Below, piece after piece: positions 1-9,473 of a DNA stretch of 64,000 nt. The notes below the pieces were generated by a model. It saw nothing but the letters and a program-made list of their open reading frames with translations. It did not search any database and had not been told where the DNA came from. Location of the stretch: contig CAZOPH010000001.1 of assembly GCA_964581635.1 (NCBI GenBank), forward strand, positions 16,316-80,315, in the 5' to 3' direction. This DNA comes from an uncultured Smithella sp. Its GTDB lineage: Bacteria > Desulfobacterota > Syntrophia > Syntrophales > Smithellaceae. Position 1 is the stretch's first letter; each line of letters begins with the position of its first letter. The position numbers were made by a program, and so were the translations under genes.

Positions 1-36
1 CGGCGCAAACGGCTGTGAAAGAAAGGATTCGGGAAT

Positions 37-477
37 TTGAAAAAAAGTTTGGCAAAAAATAAAATATTATTCGGGATCGTTTTGATCCTGCTGATGGTCG
101 GTTGCGGACTGAAAGCCAATCCAGTTCCTCCGGCGTCGGCTGTTTCACAAAATCAAGGTGAACAGAAATTAACGGTGTCAGCCGCTGGAAACGCTGTTGT
201 GTTGACGTGGCAGCTACAAAATCAAGCGGGGATCCTGAGCCATATTATCATCGAGAAAAGTCAACTGGGGAGCGCGGGGAATATTTGCAGGGATTGTCCA
301 CGGACGTTCGAAAAAATAGGCCAAATGCAGGTAGAAAATGCCAAAAATGAAAAAAAAGAGTACAGATTTGATGATTTATTGGTCGAAAAGGGGAAAATAT
401 ACAGTTATCGTTTAAAGTTATACGATGATGCCGGTATCTGCCGCGAGTCGCAGGCAGTGGAAATAGATTTTAAATAA
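37..477 (+). CDS. putative lipoprotein of unknown function
   Basis: 146-aa ORF with a TTG start overlapping an upstream in-frame stop (TTGA at 37-40). N-terminal signal with lipobox-like LLMVGC. No family recognised by eye. Confidence 0.55.
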   Translation: MKKSLAKNKILFGIVLILLMVGCGLKANPVPPASAVSQNQGEQKLTVSAAGNAVVLTWQLQNQAGILSHIIIEKSQLGSAGNICRDCPRTFEKIGQMQVENAKNEKKEYRFDDLLVEKGKIYSYRLKLYDDAGICRESQAVEIDFK

Positions 478-500
478 ACAAAAATCCAGGAGGCATTTTT

Positions 501-1376
501 ATGTTTAAAGGAGCCATTACCGCTCTGGTAACACCTTTTAAAAATGGTCAGGTGGATGAAAAAGCTCTGCGGGAACTCATTGAATTTCAGATCTTAGGAG
601 GAATCGATGGCCTGGTACCTTGCGGGACAACAGGGGAATCACCGACTTTGACCCACGATGAGCATGACCGGGTGATTGAAATTACGATCGACGCGGCCCG
701 GAAAAGAGTTCCAGTCATTGCCGGAACAGGATCAAACAGTACAGCGGAAGCGTTGCGTTTAACCAAGCATGCCTATGAGGCGGGTGCGGACGGCGCGCTG
801 ATTGCCTGTCCTTACTATAACAAACCGACTCAAGAAGGTCTCTATCAGCACTTTCAAATGATTGCGCATAATGTGCCGATTCCGATCATCCCCTATAATA
901 TTCCCGGAAGAACCGGCGTAAATATGTCACCGGAATTGATTGCCCGTCTGGCGAAAATCAATAATATTGTTGGTGTAAAAGAAGCATCCGGTTCTCTCAA
1001 GCAGATGAACGATGTCCTTGATTTATGTGGTTCGGATTTTGATGTTTTATCCGGTGATGATGGATTAACGCTTCCGCTAATGGCTATAGGCGGGAGAGGC
1101 ATCATTTCCGTTGCGTCCAATATTGTTCCCGCCGATATGGCTGCCCTGGTCGATACCGTCGAAGAAGGTAACTTGGCTAATGCTCGGGCATTGCATCACA
1201 AAATGAGTCCTTTATTTGATATTCTTTTTGTAGAAACGAATCCGATTCCCGTTAAAGCGGCTCTGTCGCTTATGGGGAAAATTGAATATGAATACAGGCT
1301 GCCTTTGTGCAAGATGGCTCCGGCAAATTATGATAAGCTCAAAAAGGTAATGGGTAATTACGGCTTGATCTCATGA
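501..1376 (+). CDS. dapA: 4-hydroxy-tetrahydrodipicolinate synthase
   Basis: 291 aa. N-terminus MFKGAITALVTPF and the active-site Lys context IVGVKEASG. AGGAGG RBS upstream. Followed by dapB. Confidence 0.95.
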   Translation: MFKGAITALVTPFKNGQVDEKALRELIEFQILGGIDGLVPCGTTGESPTLTHDEHDRVIEITIDAARKRVPVIAGTGSNSTAEALRLTKHAYEAGADGALIACPYYNKPTQEGLYQHFQMIAHNVPIPIIPYNIPGRTGVNMSPELIARLAKINNIVGVKEASGSLKQMNDVLDLCGSDFDVLSGDDGLTLPLMAIGGRGIISVASNIVPADMAALVDTVEEGNLANARALHHKMSPLFDILFVETNPIPVKAALSLMGKIEYEYRLPLCKMAPANYDKLKKVMGNYGLIS

Positions 1377-1414
1377 TTACACCAAAAATAATTATAAGCT
1401 AAGGAGTAGGTGTT

Positions 1415-2227
1415 ATGGTTAAGGCAATCGTCACTGGTGCTGGTGGGAAAATGGGAGGTAGAATTATCAGCCTTATTTCAGCCATGGAATATATCCGGGT
1501 TGTCGGGGCCATCGAGGTGACGGGCCATCCGATTATTGGAAGAGACGTCGGCCATTCTCTGGGATTAGGCAGAACCGGTGCGCTGGTCAGCGATAAATTG
1601 GCCGATTGCATTGATCAGGCGGATGTGGTCATAGACTTTACTAATCATGAAGCCTCTCTGAATTATCTGAAAATTGCCAGTGAGAAAAATCGCAGTATTG
1701 TGATCGGTTCCACGGGATTTACGCCCGAGGAGATGAAAATCGTCAGCCTGCTTGCAGAAAAAACACGCTGTGTGTTATCGCCGAACATGAGCGTCGGAGT
1801 CAATGTGATGTTGAAAGTGCTGGAGTATTGTTCCGGTATTCTTAATGACGATTATGATGTCGAAATCATTGAAGCTCATCACCATTTAAAAAAGGACGCA
1901 CCGAGCGGTACAGCATTGCAGATGGCACAGGTGATTGCCGACAAACTGGGACGAGACCTTAGAAAGGACGCGGTTTATACGCGCCGGGGGTTGATTGGTG
2001 AACGCACTAAAAAAGAAATCGGCATCCAGACCATTCGCGCCGGAGATATCGTAGGCGAGCACACGGTCATATTTGGTGGTATTGGCGAGAGGTTGGAATT
2101 TACTCATCGCGCACAGAGCCGTGATAATTTCGCCAAAGGGGCAATTCGTGCAGCGCAATGGATCGTGAATCAGAAAAACGGCCTGTATGACATGCAGGAT
2201 GTTTTAGGATTAAAAAAAATTAAGTAA
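1415..2227 (+). CDS. dapB: 4-hydroxy-tetrahydrodipicolinate reductase
   Basis: 270 aa. GAGGKMGG dinucleotide-binding motif and EAHHHLKKDAPSGTA motif. AAGGAG RBS. Confidence 0.95.
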   Translation: MVKAIVTGAGGKMGGRIISLISAMEYIRVVGAIEVTGHPIIGRDVGHSLGLGRTGALVSDKLADCIDQADVVIDFTNHEASLNYLKIASEKNRSIVIGSTGFTPEEMKIVSLLAEKTRCVLSPNMSVGVNVMLKVLEYCSGILNDDYDVEIIEAHHHLKKDAPSGTALQMAQVIADKLGRDLRKDAVYTRRGLIGERTKKEIGIQTIRAGDIVGEHTVIFGGIGERLEFTHRAQSRDNFAKGAIRAAQWIVNQKNGLYDMQDVLGLKKIK

Positions 2228-2236
2228 GCAGGATCT

Positions 2237-2767
2237 ATGTTGGAAGGCATTCTTGCTTATATAGGCATTGGTTCCAATCTGTGTAATCCTTTGCATCAAT
2301 GCAGGCAGTCCGTTTGTAGAATGTCCTCTACTTCGGGTATTACGTTAGAAAGGATTTCTTCTTTTTATAAAACAGAACCAGTAATTTCTGATCCAGGCAG
2401 CAGGGTTCATCGTGCAGACCTTACAAGCCAAAGCTGGTTTGTCAACGCAGTGGCGGAGATTCGAACAACGCTTTTGCCCAGAGACCTTTTACAGGCATTG
2501 CAGGATATTGAGAAGATGATGGGACGGGTGCGAACATTTGCAGGCGCACCTCGCATCATTGACCTTGATCTGATTTTATATGGCTATGAAATCATTCACG
2601 AAGTTGATGTTATTGTTCCGCATCCCGAAATGCATCAAAGGCGATTTGTGCTGGAACCTTTGTGTGAAATTGCTTCATATTTGATTCATCCGGTTTTTGG
2701 AATTTCGATGCGAGGATTGAAAGACAGGTTAGATAGTAAAAAGATTGTCGAACTTTATGATCATTAA
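2237..2767 (+). CDS. folK: 2-amino-4-hydroxy-6-hydroxymethyldihydropteridine diphosphokinase (HPPK)
   Basis: 176 aa. AYIGIGSNL, IIDLDLILYG and PHPEMHQRRFVLEPL are typical HPPK motifs. Confidence 0.85.
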   Translation: MLEGILAYIGIGSNLCNPLHQCRQSVCRMSSTSGITLERISSFYKTEPVISDPGSRVHRADLTSQSWFVNAVAEIRTTLLPRDLLQALQDIEKMMGRVRTFAGAPRIIDLDLILYGYEIIHEVDVIVPHPEMHQRRFVLEPLCEIASYLIHPVFGISMRGLKDRLDSKKIVELYDH

Positions 2768-2782
2768 GAAAAGAAGGTAATT

Positions 2783-3052
2783 ATGATCCAAATTATTAAA
2801 GTATTAGTCGTTTTAGTATTGTTTTACGTTGGTTATAAAATTGTAAAAATGTTCCAGCGGGTAAAATCTCAGGAATTAAAAGATTGCCGTGTGGATGCCA
2901 CGCCGTCCAAAGGAGAAGATCTGGTACAGGATCCGTTTTGCAGAACCTACGTTCCCAAGAGTCAGGCGTACGTCAAAGAAATTAACGGTCGGCAGCAATA
3001 TTTTTGCAGTTCGGAGTGCTGTGCGAAATACCTGTCAGAAAAAAATAGCTAA
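2783..3052 (+). CDS. small membrane-anchored Cys-rich protein (YHS/TRASH-like C-terminus)
   Basis: 89 aa. One N-terminal hydrophobic helix ([18 protein letters not shown]), then DPFCRTYV...[11 protein letters not shown], which resembles YHS/TRASH metal-binding modules. Confidence 0.5.
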   Translation: MIQIIKVLVVLVLFYVGYKIVKMFQRVKSQELKDCRVDATPSKGEDLVQDPFCRTYVPKSQAYVKEINGRQQYFCSSECCAKYLSEKNS

Positions 3053-3074
3053 TGAGGGATATATAGGGGGAATT

Positions 3075-3722
3075 ATGAAATTTTTCATCGATACCGCAAA
3101 TATTTCGGAAATCAAGGAAGGGGTGGCGTTGGGTATGGTGGACGGCGTCACGACGAATCCGTCACTGATTGCCAAAGAAAAAAAAGGCTTTGATTCTGTC
3201 GTCAAAGAAATTTTGGCAATTGTGGAAGGGCCTGTCAGTCTGGAAGTTTTGAGTTTGGAAGCAAAAGGTATGTTTGTCGAAGGGAAAAAACTGGCTCGTC
3301 TGGGAGACCAGGTTGTAATTAAAGTCCCCATGACCACCGAAGGTCTAAAGGCAACCAAGATGTTTGCGGCTGAAGGCATCGAGGTGAATCAGACTCTGAT
3401 TTTTTCGCCGCTTCAGGCCTTGATGGCCGCCAAAGCAGGTGCGGCCTACGTCAGCCCGTTTGTCGGACGACTGGATGACATCGCTCACAATGGTATGGAG
3501 CTGACGCAGCAGATTCTGGATATTTACGACAACTATGAGTATGATACTGAAGTAATTGTAGCCAGCATTCGTCATCCTAAGCACGTTCTGGATGCCGCTT
3601 TAATGGGTGCCGATATTGCCACAATTCCTTTTAAAGTCATCGCGCAACTGGCGCAGCATCCTTTGACGGATAAAGGCATTGCTTTGTTTTTGGAAGATTG
3701 GAAAAAAGTGCCGAAAGAATAA
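3075..3722 (+). CDS. tal: transaldolase / fructose-6-phosphate aldolase family (short type)
   Basis: The tracked ORF 2889..3722 overlaps the previous gene. The internal ATG at 3075 gives [23 protein letters not shown] and IKVPMT, all typical of this family. Length 215 aa. Confidence 0.9.
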   Translation: MKFFIDTANISEIKEGVALGMVDGVTTNPSLIAKEKKGFDSVVKEILAIVEGPVSLEVLSLEAKGMFVEGKKLARLGDQVVIKVPMTTEGLKATKMFAAEGIEVNQTLIFSPLQALMAAKAGAAYVSPFVGRLDDIAHNGMELTQQILDIYDNYEYDTEVIVASIRHPKHVLDAALMGADIATIPFKVIAQLAQHPLTDKGIALFLEDWKKVPKE

Positions 3723-3773
3723 AAGTAACTTCATAATTTTTGAAGTATTATTGACAGATCGGCTGATACAAAA

Positions 3774-4334
3774 ATGAATGAAAGACGCGAAATATTTAAC
3801 CTGCCCAACAGCATAACCATGGCCCGCATCAGCGTGGTACCTTTTTTGTTTTTACTGCTGGCATCGCCCGGTCCTTTTTGGTCTCTGGTGTTGGCGGCTT
3901 TGTTTGTCCTGGCCGCTATTACGGATTTCGCGGACGGGTTTATCGCACGTAAATACAACATGATTACAACGATGGGTAAGTTTCTGGATCCGCTGGCTGA
4001 TAAATTGATTGTTAATTCGGCCATGATCCTGATGATTCCCATTGGTCGAATTGATGCCTGGATTGTTGTTATTATTATCATGCGGGATTTGATCGTAGAT
4101 GGCATCCGTAGCATCGCGTCCTCGGAAGGAATTTACATTCAGGCCAGTATTCTTGGAAAACAAAAAACACTGGCACAAATCTTTGCCGTGACCGCCCTGA
4201 TGATTCATTATCCTTTTCTGGGCGTGGATGCGCATTTCGTGGGCACGATCGTTCTTTATGTAGCTTTTTTGCTGACGATTTATTCAGGTATGGATTACTT
4301 TATTAAGTTTTATCGGGGGACTGGAAAGAAATGA
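3774..4334 (+). CDS. pgsA: CDP-diacylglycerol--glycerol-3-phosphate 3-phosphatidyltransferase
   Basis: 186 aa, multi-TM. CDP-alcohol phosphatidyltransferase motif DFADGFIARK...GKFLDPLADKL. Confidence 0.85.
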   Translation: MNERREIFNLPNSITMARISVVPFLFLLLASPGPFWSLVLAALFVLAAITDFADGFIARKYNMITTMGKFLDPLADKLIVNSAMILMIPIGRIDAWIVVIIIMRDLIVDGIRSIASSEGIYIQASILGKQKTLAQIFAVTALMIHYPFLGVDAHFVGTIVLYVAFLLTIYSGMDYFIKFYRGTGKK

Positions 4335-4419
4335 CATTTTCGGGGCTTAGTGACTTCTACCTTCATGAGTGCAACAGCGATATAAAAAAATGAATCATCA
4401 GCGTTTGTTCATTTTTCTA

Positions 4420-4447
4420 TTGACAAGATGAGTCTATTTGTTATATT
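4420..4447 (+). promoter_or_regulatory. sigma70-like promoter for the tRNA-Gly/tRNA-Cys pair
   Basis: TTGACA (4420-4425), 16-nt spacer, TATATT (4442-4447), about 20 nt upstream of the tRNA-Gly 5' end. Confidence 0.45.
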
Positions 4448-4466
4448 CACCCGCGTTCTTAAGTGA

Positions 4467-4541
4467 GCGGGCGTAACTCAGTGGTAGAGTGCTACCTTGC
4501 CAAGGTAGACGTCGACGGTTCAAATCCGTTCGCCCGCTCCA
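4467..4541 (+). tRNA. tRNA-Gly (anticodon GCC)
   Basis: Cloverleaf read by eye. Acceptor GCGGGCG/CGCCCGC, anticodon loop TTGCCAA, GGTTCAAATCC T-loop, encoded CCA. Confidence 0.9.
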
Positions 4542-4550
4542 TTTTTTTAT

Positions 4551-4626
4551 GGCGGCATAGCCAAGTGGCTAAGGCAGCGGTCTGCAAAACCGTTATTCAT
4601 CGGTTCGAATCCGATTGCCGCCTCCA
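4551..4626 (+). tRNA. tRNA-Cys (anticodon GCA)
   Basis: Acceptor GGCGGCA/TGCCGCC, anticodon loop CTGCAAA, GGTTCGAATCC T-loop, encoded CCA. Lies 9 nt after tRNA-Gly. Confidence 0.9.
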
Positions 4627-4890
4627 AAAAATCAATCGGTTGCAATTGTCATTCATTCGCAACATCTTCCCTTTTGTGTAACTTTTGTGTAGTAAACATT
4701 TCATGGATTTTTGACGCCAGGATATTAGCGGACGGAACCTTTTGAGATCGTGCCATGTTGTCTATTGATATGTTATTCAAGTTTTCATATACAATGGAAA
4801 TCGAATAGATTAAAGGTTTATGATGCCAAATCAGATTTTTTCATGAAGCCCTAACAGGGTCGCAGGTTTACTGAGATTTTAGATTCTACG

Positions 4891-6402
4891 ATGGAGGCTA
4901 AAGTGCATATTAGAGTTAAAAAAGGAAATCTTGTCGATACGAAAACTCAAGCAATTATTCTGGCACTTTACGAAGATGAAAAGGCGTTTTCGGGGTTAGT
5001 ATCAAGCGCTGATCAGAAAACCCGAGGACTGCTGGGAGACATCATGAAAAGCGGTGATTTTAAGGCCAGGCCATCGCAAGTATATGTGATTTATACTAGG
5101 GGCTTATTGCCCGCAAAGAGAATTACGCTGGTCGGTCTGGGCAGGAAAAGCGAACTGAATTTGGAAAAAATTCGCAACGCTTTTGCTAAGGTCATGCAGC
5201 AGCTGCGAGACTTGAATATTAAAAATGCGGCGACGTCTATTGACTGGAATCCAATGCCGGAACAAAAAGAAAAAGTTATTGCCGCGGTTGTAGAAGGGGC
5301 AATCCTGGGACTGTATCAATATACACCTTATAAAACCGTCGGCCGCGATGAGATCCATGAAATGCGACTGTTGGAGATTGTGGCTGAGCCTAAAGATTAT
5401 TTCATGCTGCAAGATGAAGTCAAAAAGACGAAAATCATTACAGACGCCGTTTACTTTGCTCGCAATCTCATTTCAGCTCCGGCCAATGAAATGACGCCGT
5501 CGATTATGGCCACCCATGCCGAGAAAATCGCAAAAAGAAAAAACGTCTCCTGCCGTTTGCTAAATAAGGGAAAGCTGAAAGCGTTGGGCATGAATGCTCT
5601 GCTGGGTGTCGCTTCCGGCAGTAATCAACCGCCGAAATTCATTATTCTGGAATACACCGGCGGTAAAAAGGGGGGGGCACCGATTGCCTTGGTTGGTAAA
5701 GGTTTGACCTTCGACAGCGGCGGTATTTCCATAAAGCCTGCGGAAAAAATGGACGAGATGAAAACAGATATGTCCGGCGGCGCGGCGGTTATGGCCGTCG
5801 TTATGGCAGCGGCAGATCTGAAGCTGCCGATCAACATCGTCGGTCTAGTGCCGGCCACTGAAAACATGTCCGGCGGTAGCGCCTTAAAACCGGGTGACAT
5901 TCTAAAATCTTATTCCGGCAAAACAATTGAAGTGCTGAACACGGACGCCGAAGGAAGGCTGATTCTGGCCGATGCCCTGTCCTACGCATCCAAATATAAA
6001 CCGGCGGTCATCATTGATATCGCCACCCTGACCGGTGCGTGCATTGTAGCATTGGGCGAAGATGTAATCGGCATGATGGGTACGGATGATCATCTGAAAA
6101 AAGAGATTAATCGTGCCGCTCAGACAACCGGAGAACTGGTCTGGGAACTTCCGTTATGGGAAAGTTATTCCGAATTGATAAAAAGCGATATTGCCGATTA
6201 TAAAAATAGCAGCGGACGATCGGGCGGCGCGATCACGGCTGCCGCATTTCTGAGCAAGTTTGTGGGCAATTACCCCTGGGTCCATCTGGATATCGCAGGT
6301 CCTGCCTGGGCAAAAAAAGATAAGGCCTATATCCCAAAGGGTGCATCAGGTGTAACGGTACGTTTGCTTGTTGAATATTTACGACAGTATATAAAAGAAT
6401 AA
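4891..6402 (+). CDS. pepA: leucyl aminopeptidase (M17)
   Basis: 503 aa. VGKGLTFDSGGISIKP and NTDAEGRLILADAL are M17 signature motifs. Confidence 0.92.
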   Translation: MEAKVHIRVKKGNLVDTKTQAIILALYEDEKAFSGLVSSADQKTRGLLGDIMKSGDFKARPSQVYVIYTRGLLPAKRITLVGLGRKSELNLEKIRNAFAKVMQQLRDLNIKNAATSIDWNPMPEQKEKVIAAVVEGAILGLYQYTPYKTVGRDEIHEMRLLEIVAEPKDYFMLQDEVKKTKIITDAVYFARNLISAPANEMTPSIMATHAEKIAKRKNVSCRLLNKGKLKALGMNALLGVASGSNQPPKFIILEYTGGKKGGAPIALVGKGLTFDSGGISIKPAEKMDEMKTDMSGGAAVMAVVMAAADLKLPINIVGLVPATENMSGGSALKPGDILKSYSGKTIEVLNTDAEGRLILADALSYASKYKPAVIIDIATLTGACIVALGEDVIGMMGTDDHLKKEINRAAQTTGELVWELPLWESYSELIKSDIADYKNSSGRSGGAITAAAFLSKFVGNYPWVHLDIAGPAWAKKDKAYIPKGASGVTVRLLVEYLRQYIKE

Positions 6403-6404
6403 TC

Positions 6405-7394
6405 ATGCAAACGCTTTTGGAGATTAAAAACTTAAAGACGATATTTTCAACGGCCAGAGGTGTCATCAAGGCGGTTGACGGCGTTTCTCTGATATTGCAC
6501 GCCGGTGAAACTCTGGGCATTGTGGGGGAATCCGGATGCGGTAAAACAATGCTAGCACTTTCCGTTATGGGACTGATTCCGGCCAATGGTCGAATTGCCA
6601 GAGGCGAGGTACTGCTGAATGGTCAGAATTTGTTATCCTTAACCGAAGAAGAGATGCGGGAAAAACGTGGCAGAGATATCGCCATGATCTTTCAGGAACC
6701 GATGACGTCGCTCAATCCCGTTTTGCGCATAGGCGAGCAAATTGCGGAGGCGATTCGTCTGCACCAACATGTTCCAGCCAAAGAGGCGCTGTTCCTGAGC
6801 GAGAGGCTTTTGGGAGAAGTCGGTATTCCCGAGCCCGAAAGAAGGGTGAAAGATTATCCCCATCAGCTGAGCGGCGGTATGCGTCAGCGCGTCATGATTG
6901 CTATGGCCATGTCCTGTCGCCCCCAGTTGCTGCTGGCGGATGAACCGACTACAGCGCTGGATGTAACGATTCAAGCGCAGATTTTAAATTTAATTTCTGC
7001 TCTGAAAGAAAAAAACAATATGGCGGTTATCCTGATCACGCATGATCTGGGGATTGTTGCCGAAGCGGCGCAAAAGGTGGCGGTGATGTATGCGGGCAAG
7101 GTTGTTGAAACGTCTGAGGTGGAAAAATTATTTTCACGACCACAGCATCCCTATACCCGTGGTCTGATCGAATCCCGCCCTTCCGGGTGCGCCGACACGG
7201 AGGCTAACGGCGAAGCCTATTTAAAAACGATTCCCGGAACGGTTCCCAGTCTCTATGATCTTCCCCCTGGCTGCCGTTTTTCCGAGCGCTGTGCAATGGC
7301 CGAGGACAAATGTCGTCTCCGGGAGCCGGAGTTAATGGAAATTGAAAGCGGTCATTTTGTGTCCTGCTTTATTTCTCAAAGAATAGTAAAATGA
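6405..7394 (+). CDS. oligopeptide/dipeptide-type ABC transporter ATP-binding protein (OppD/DppD-like)
   Basis: 329 aa. Walker A GESGCGKT, signature LSGGMRQR, Walker B LLLADEPTTALD, and the Cys-containing C-terminal extension typical of Opp/Dpp ATPases. Confidence 0.85.
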   Translation: MQTLLEIKNLKTIFSTARGVIKAVDGVSLILHAGETLGIVGESGCGKTMLALSVMGLIPANGRIARGEVLLNGQNLLSLTEEEMREKRGRDIAMIFQEPMTSLNPVLRIGEQIAEAIRLHQHVPAKEALFLSERLLGEVGIPEPERRVKDYPHQLSGGMRQRVMIAMAMSCRPQLLLADEPTTALDVTIQAQILNLISALKEKNNMAVILITHDLGIVAEAAQKVAVMYAGKVVETSEVEKLFSRPQHPYTRGLIESRPSGCADTEANGEAYLKTIPGTVPSLYDLPPGCRFSERCAMAEDKCRLREPELMEIESGHFVSCFISQRIVK

Positions 7395-7411
7395 AAGAGT
7401 AATGCATCCTT

Positions 7412-8380
7412 ATGGCGTCTGTCTTGATTGATATTCAAAAGCTGGGGAAAAAATATATTCTCGGTGGCGGATTCCTGCAAAACCGGCCCAGGATTATCCG
7501 GGCTGTAAATGGTGTCGATCTGCAGATATTTGAGGGGGAAACACTGGGGCTGGTCGGCGAATCAGGCTGCGGCAAATCAACGCTGGCGAGGTTGCTAATA
7601 AGACTGGAGGAACCGGACGCCGGCAGGGCCTATTTTAAAGATCAAAATATCTTTGCATTTTCTTCCGATGATTTAAAAATTTACCGTCGTCGTGTGCAGA
7701 TGATCTTTCAGGATCCCTATTCGTCTCTTAATCCTCGAAAATCAGCGATCAGCATCATTCAGGAGCCGCTCAATATTCATCAGATTGCCGGACGGAAACA
7801 AAACAGGGAAATATCTGTTCAACTGATGACCAGAGTCGGCTTGAGTCACGAACAGACCAAACGGTATCCGCATGAATTCAGCGGCGGGCAGAGGCAGCGC
7901 ATCGGGATCGCGCGTGCGCTGGCGCTTCAGCCTGCGCTGGTCATTGCCGACGAACCGGTTTCCGCGCTTGATGCATCAATTCAGTCGCAAATTTTAAACC
8001 TGCTCAAAGATTTAAAAAAAGATTTTGGATTGACCTATTTGTTTATCTCTCATGACCTCAATGTCATCCGCCATGTGTCCGATCGAATTGCGGTGATGTA
8101 TTTAGGATGTATTGTTGAACTTGCGGATAAAAATAATCTGTATCAGGCCGCGCTTCATCCCTACACGCGAATGTTGCTGGCGGCCATGCCTAACTGCGAT
8201 CCTCATAAGCCAAAGCGCGAAATTACGATTCGCGGAGAAGCCCTGGATGCGGGTGATCAGGGGTGCAATTTTAAAAATCGTTGTTTCTATAAGATAGCAA
8301 TTTGTGACGAGAGGCAACCGAAGCTTAAGTCATGTCAGGGAGGGGGATTATGCGCCTGTCATCGTGCGGGCGATATATAA
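7412..8380 (+). CDS. oligopeptide/dipeptide-type ABC transporter ATP-binding protein (OppF/DppF-like)
   Basis: 322 aa. Walker A GESGCGKST, signature FSGGQRQR, Walker B VIADEPVSALD. Confidence 0.85.
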   Translation: MASVLIDIQKLGKKYILGGGFLQNRPRIIRAVNGVDLQIFEGETLGLVGESGCGKSTLARLLIRLEEPDAGRAYFKDQNIFAFSSDDLKIYRRRVQMIFQDPYSSLNPRKSAISIIQEPLNIHQIAGRKQNREISVQLMTRVGLSHEQTKRYPHEFSGGQRQRIGIARALALQPALVIADEPVSALDASIQSQILNLLKDLKKDFGLTYLFISHDLNVIRHVSDRIAVMYLGCIVELADKNNLYQAALHPYTRMLLAAMPNCDPHKPKREITIRGEALDAGDQGCNFKNRCFYKIAICDERQPKLKSCQGGGLCACHRAGDI

Positions 8381-8385
8381 ATGCC

Positions 8386-9018
8386 ATGCAGCAGGAAGAA
8401 AAAGTATTCTGGAAAAACGGTTCGCTTATGGGTGAAGGGTTATGGTGTCAGGGGGCAGGGGATGCGGGCGTTGTAATTTGCCATCCGCACCCGCTGATGG
8501 GCGGGTCCATGTACAACAATGTTGTGGAAACCGTACAGGATGTATTTTCGTCTTGCGGCTATTCCACATTACGTTTTAATTTTCGCGGTGTCGGGGAAAG
8601 CACCGGCCGCTATGATGAAGGCAGGGGAGAAAAACAGGATATTTTATCGGCCTGTGAATTTGTTCAAAATCAAGGCGTCAAAAAAATTACTCTGGCAGGC
8701 TATTCTTTTGGTGCCTGGGTTTGCTGCCGCCTGCTCCATGATAAACTTTCTCAGATCAGTTCCACAATTTTAATTTCTCCACCGCAAAAATATTTTGATT
8801 TTGATTGGGAGGGACTTAAAAACGACGTAGAAATAATAATCTGCGGCGATCGCGACCCGTTTTGTGATGTGGATGATTTAAGGGGAAAAGCCGAATATAT
8901 TCATTCAAGATTGACGATACTTCGGGCAACGGATCATTTCTTCTCTGGACAGGAAACTCAGCTAGCCAAGCATTTGAAAAAATATATTCATGAAAAAAAA
9001 GCTGAAAAAAAAGCTTGA
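8386..9018 (+). CDS. alpha/beta-fold hydrolase (COG2945-like)
   Basis: The tracked ORF starts at 8332 inside oppF. The ATG at 8386 (M19) follows the oppF stop. Contains HPHPLMGGSMYNNVV and the nucleophile elbow GYSFGA. Confidence 0.65.
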   Translation: MQQEEKVFWKNGSLMGEGLWCQGAGDAGVVICHPHPLMGGSMYNNVVETVQDVFSSCGYSTLRFNFRGVGESTGRYDEGRGEKQDILSACEFVQNQGVKKITLAGYSFGAWVCCRLLHDKLSQISSTILISPPQKYFDFDWEGLKNDVEIIICGDRDPFCDVDDLRGKAEYIHSRLTILRATDHFFSGQETQLAKHLKKYIHEKKAEKKA

Positions 9019-9140
9019 TTTTAATGAAAATGGTGTTAAGGTCGGAACCAATGTTATATGGTAGAGATTGGTTGCACAAGAGATAAATGGTTTTAGCTAG
9101 GAAATTTTTAGTGTTGAGATTGTTTTATAAAGAAAAATTA

Positions 9141-9188
9141 ACCGCAGAGGATTCTTAAAGCAAGATAAGAATTTGTGCGGTTTTTTTA
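9141..9188 (+). terminator. long hairpin plus U-run: terminator of the upstream hydrolase gene or an element of the csp leader
   Basis: ACCGCA..ATTCTTA..loop..TAAGAAT..TGCGGT followed by T7 (9181-9187). Lies about 57 nt upstream of the csp start. Confidence 0.4.
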
Positions 9189-9244
9189 GTTTCTAATGGT
9201 CTTTAACCGGAGGAAACAAACATTTGAAAGGGGGACTTTTAGCA

Positions 9245-9445
9245 TTGGCAGAAGGAAAAGTAAAATGGTTTAACGAGAAGAAGGGGTTTGGTTTTATTGA
9301 AAACGATGAGGGCGGAGATGTCTTTGTTCATTATAGTGCCATTTCCGGGACCGGATTTAAAACTCTTTATGAGGGTCAGAGAATTCGTTTCGACGTTGAA
9401 CAGGGTAACAAAGGACCCAGCGCAACGAATGTTCAACCACTATAA
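9245..9445 (+). CDS. cold-shock protein (CspA family)
   Basis: The in-frame TTG at 9245, preceded by GGGGGA, gives [18 protein letters not shown] (RNP1) and VFVHY (RNP2). Length 66 aa. Confidence 0.9.
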   Translation: MAEGKVKWFNEKKGFGFIENDEGGDVFVHYSAISGTGFKTLYEGQRIRFDVEQGNKGPSATNVQPL

Positions 9446-9473
9446 TCATTCCAATTAATTAACTTTAAGTAAA

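Noticed and set aside
1-40. Open frame from the window edge ending at a TGA (38-40), overlapping the TTG start of the lipoprotein gene.
   Set aside because: Only 12 codons are visible (GANGCERKDSGI), too few to identify a gene. It is probably the 3' end of an upstream CDS.
2889-3074. N-terminal extensions of tracked ORFs: tal from 2889, hydrolase from 8332, tilS from 16429, ybeY to 37067, M16 to 44687, small membrane ORF to 44922, dtd from 46332, iorB to 55499, DUF2520 gene to 15702.
   Set aside because: The extensions overlap upstream genes, lack family similarity, and in each case an internal start with a better RBS reproduces the typical family N-terminus.
4463-4681. ORFs in the track that run across tRNA genes (4463-4681, 24811-25011, 30699-30917, 30944-31126).
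   Set aside because: They are fully explained by the tRNA-Gly/Cys, tRNA-Leu and tRNA-Val/Asp cloverleaves and the downstream terminator. They have alternative start codons and no coding features.
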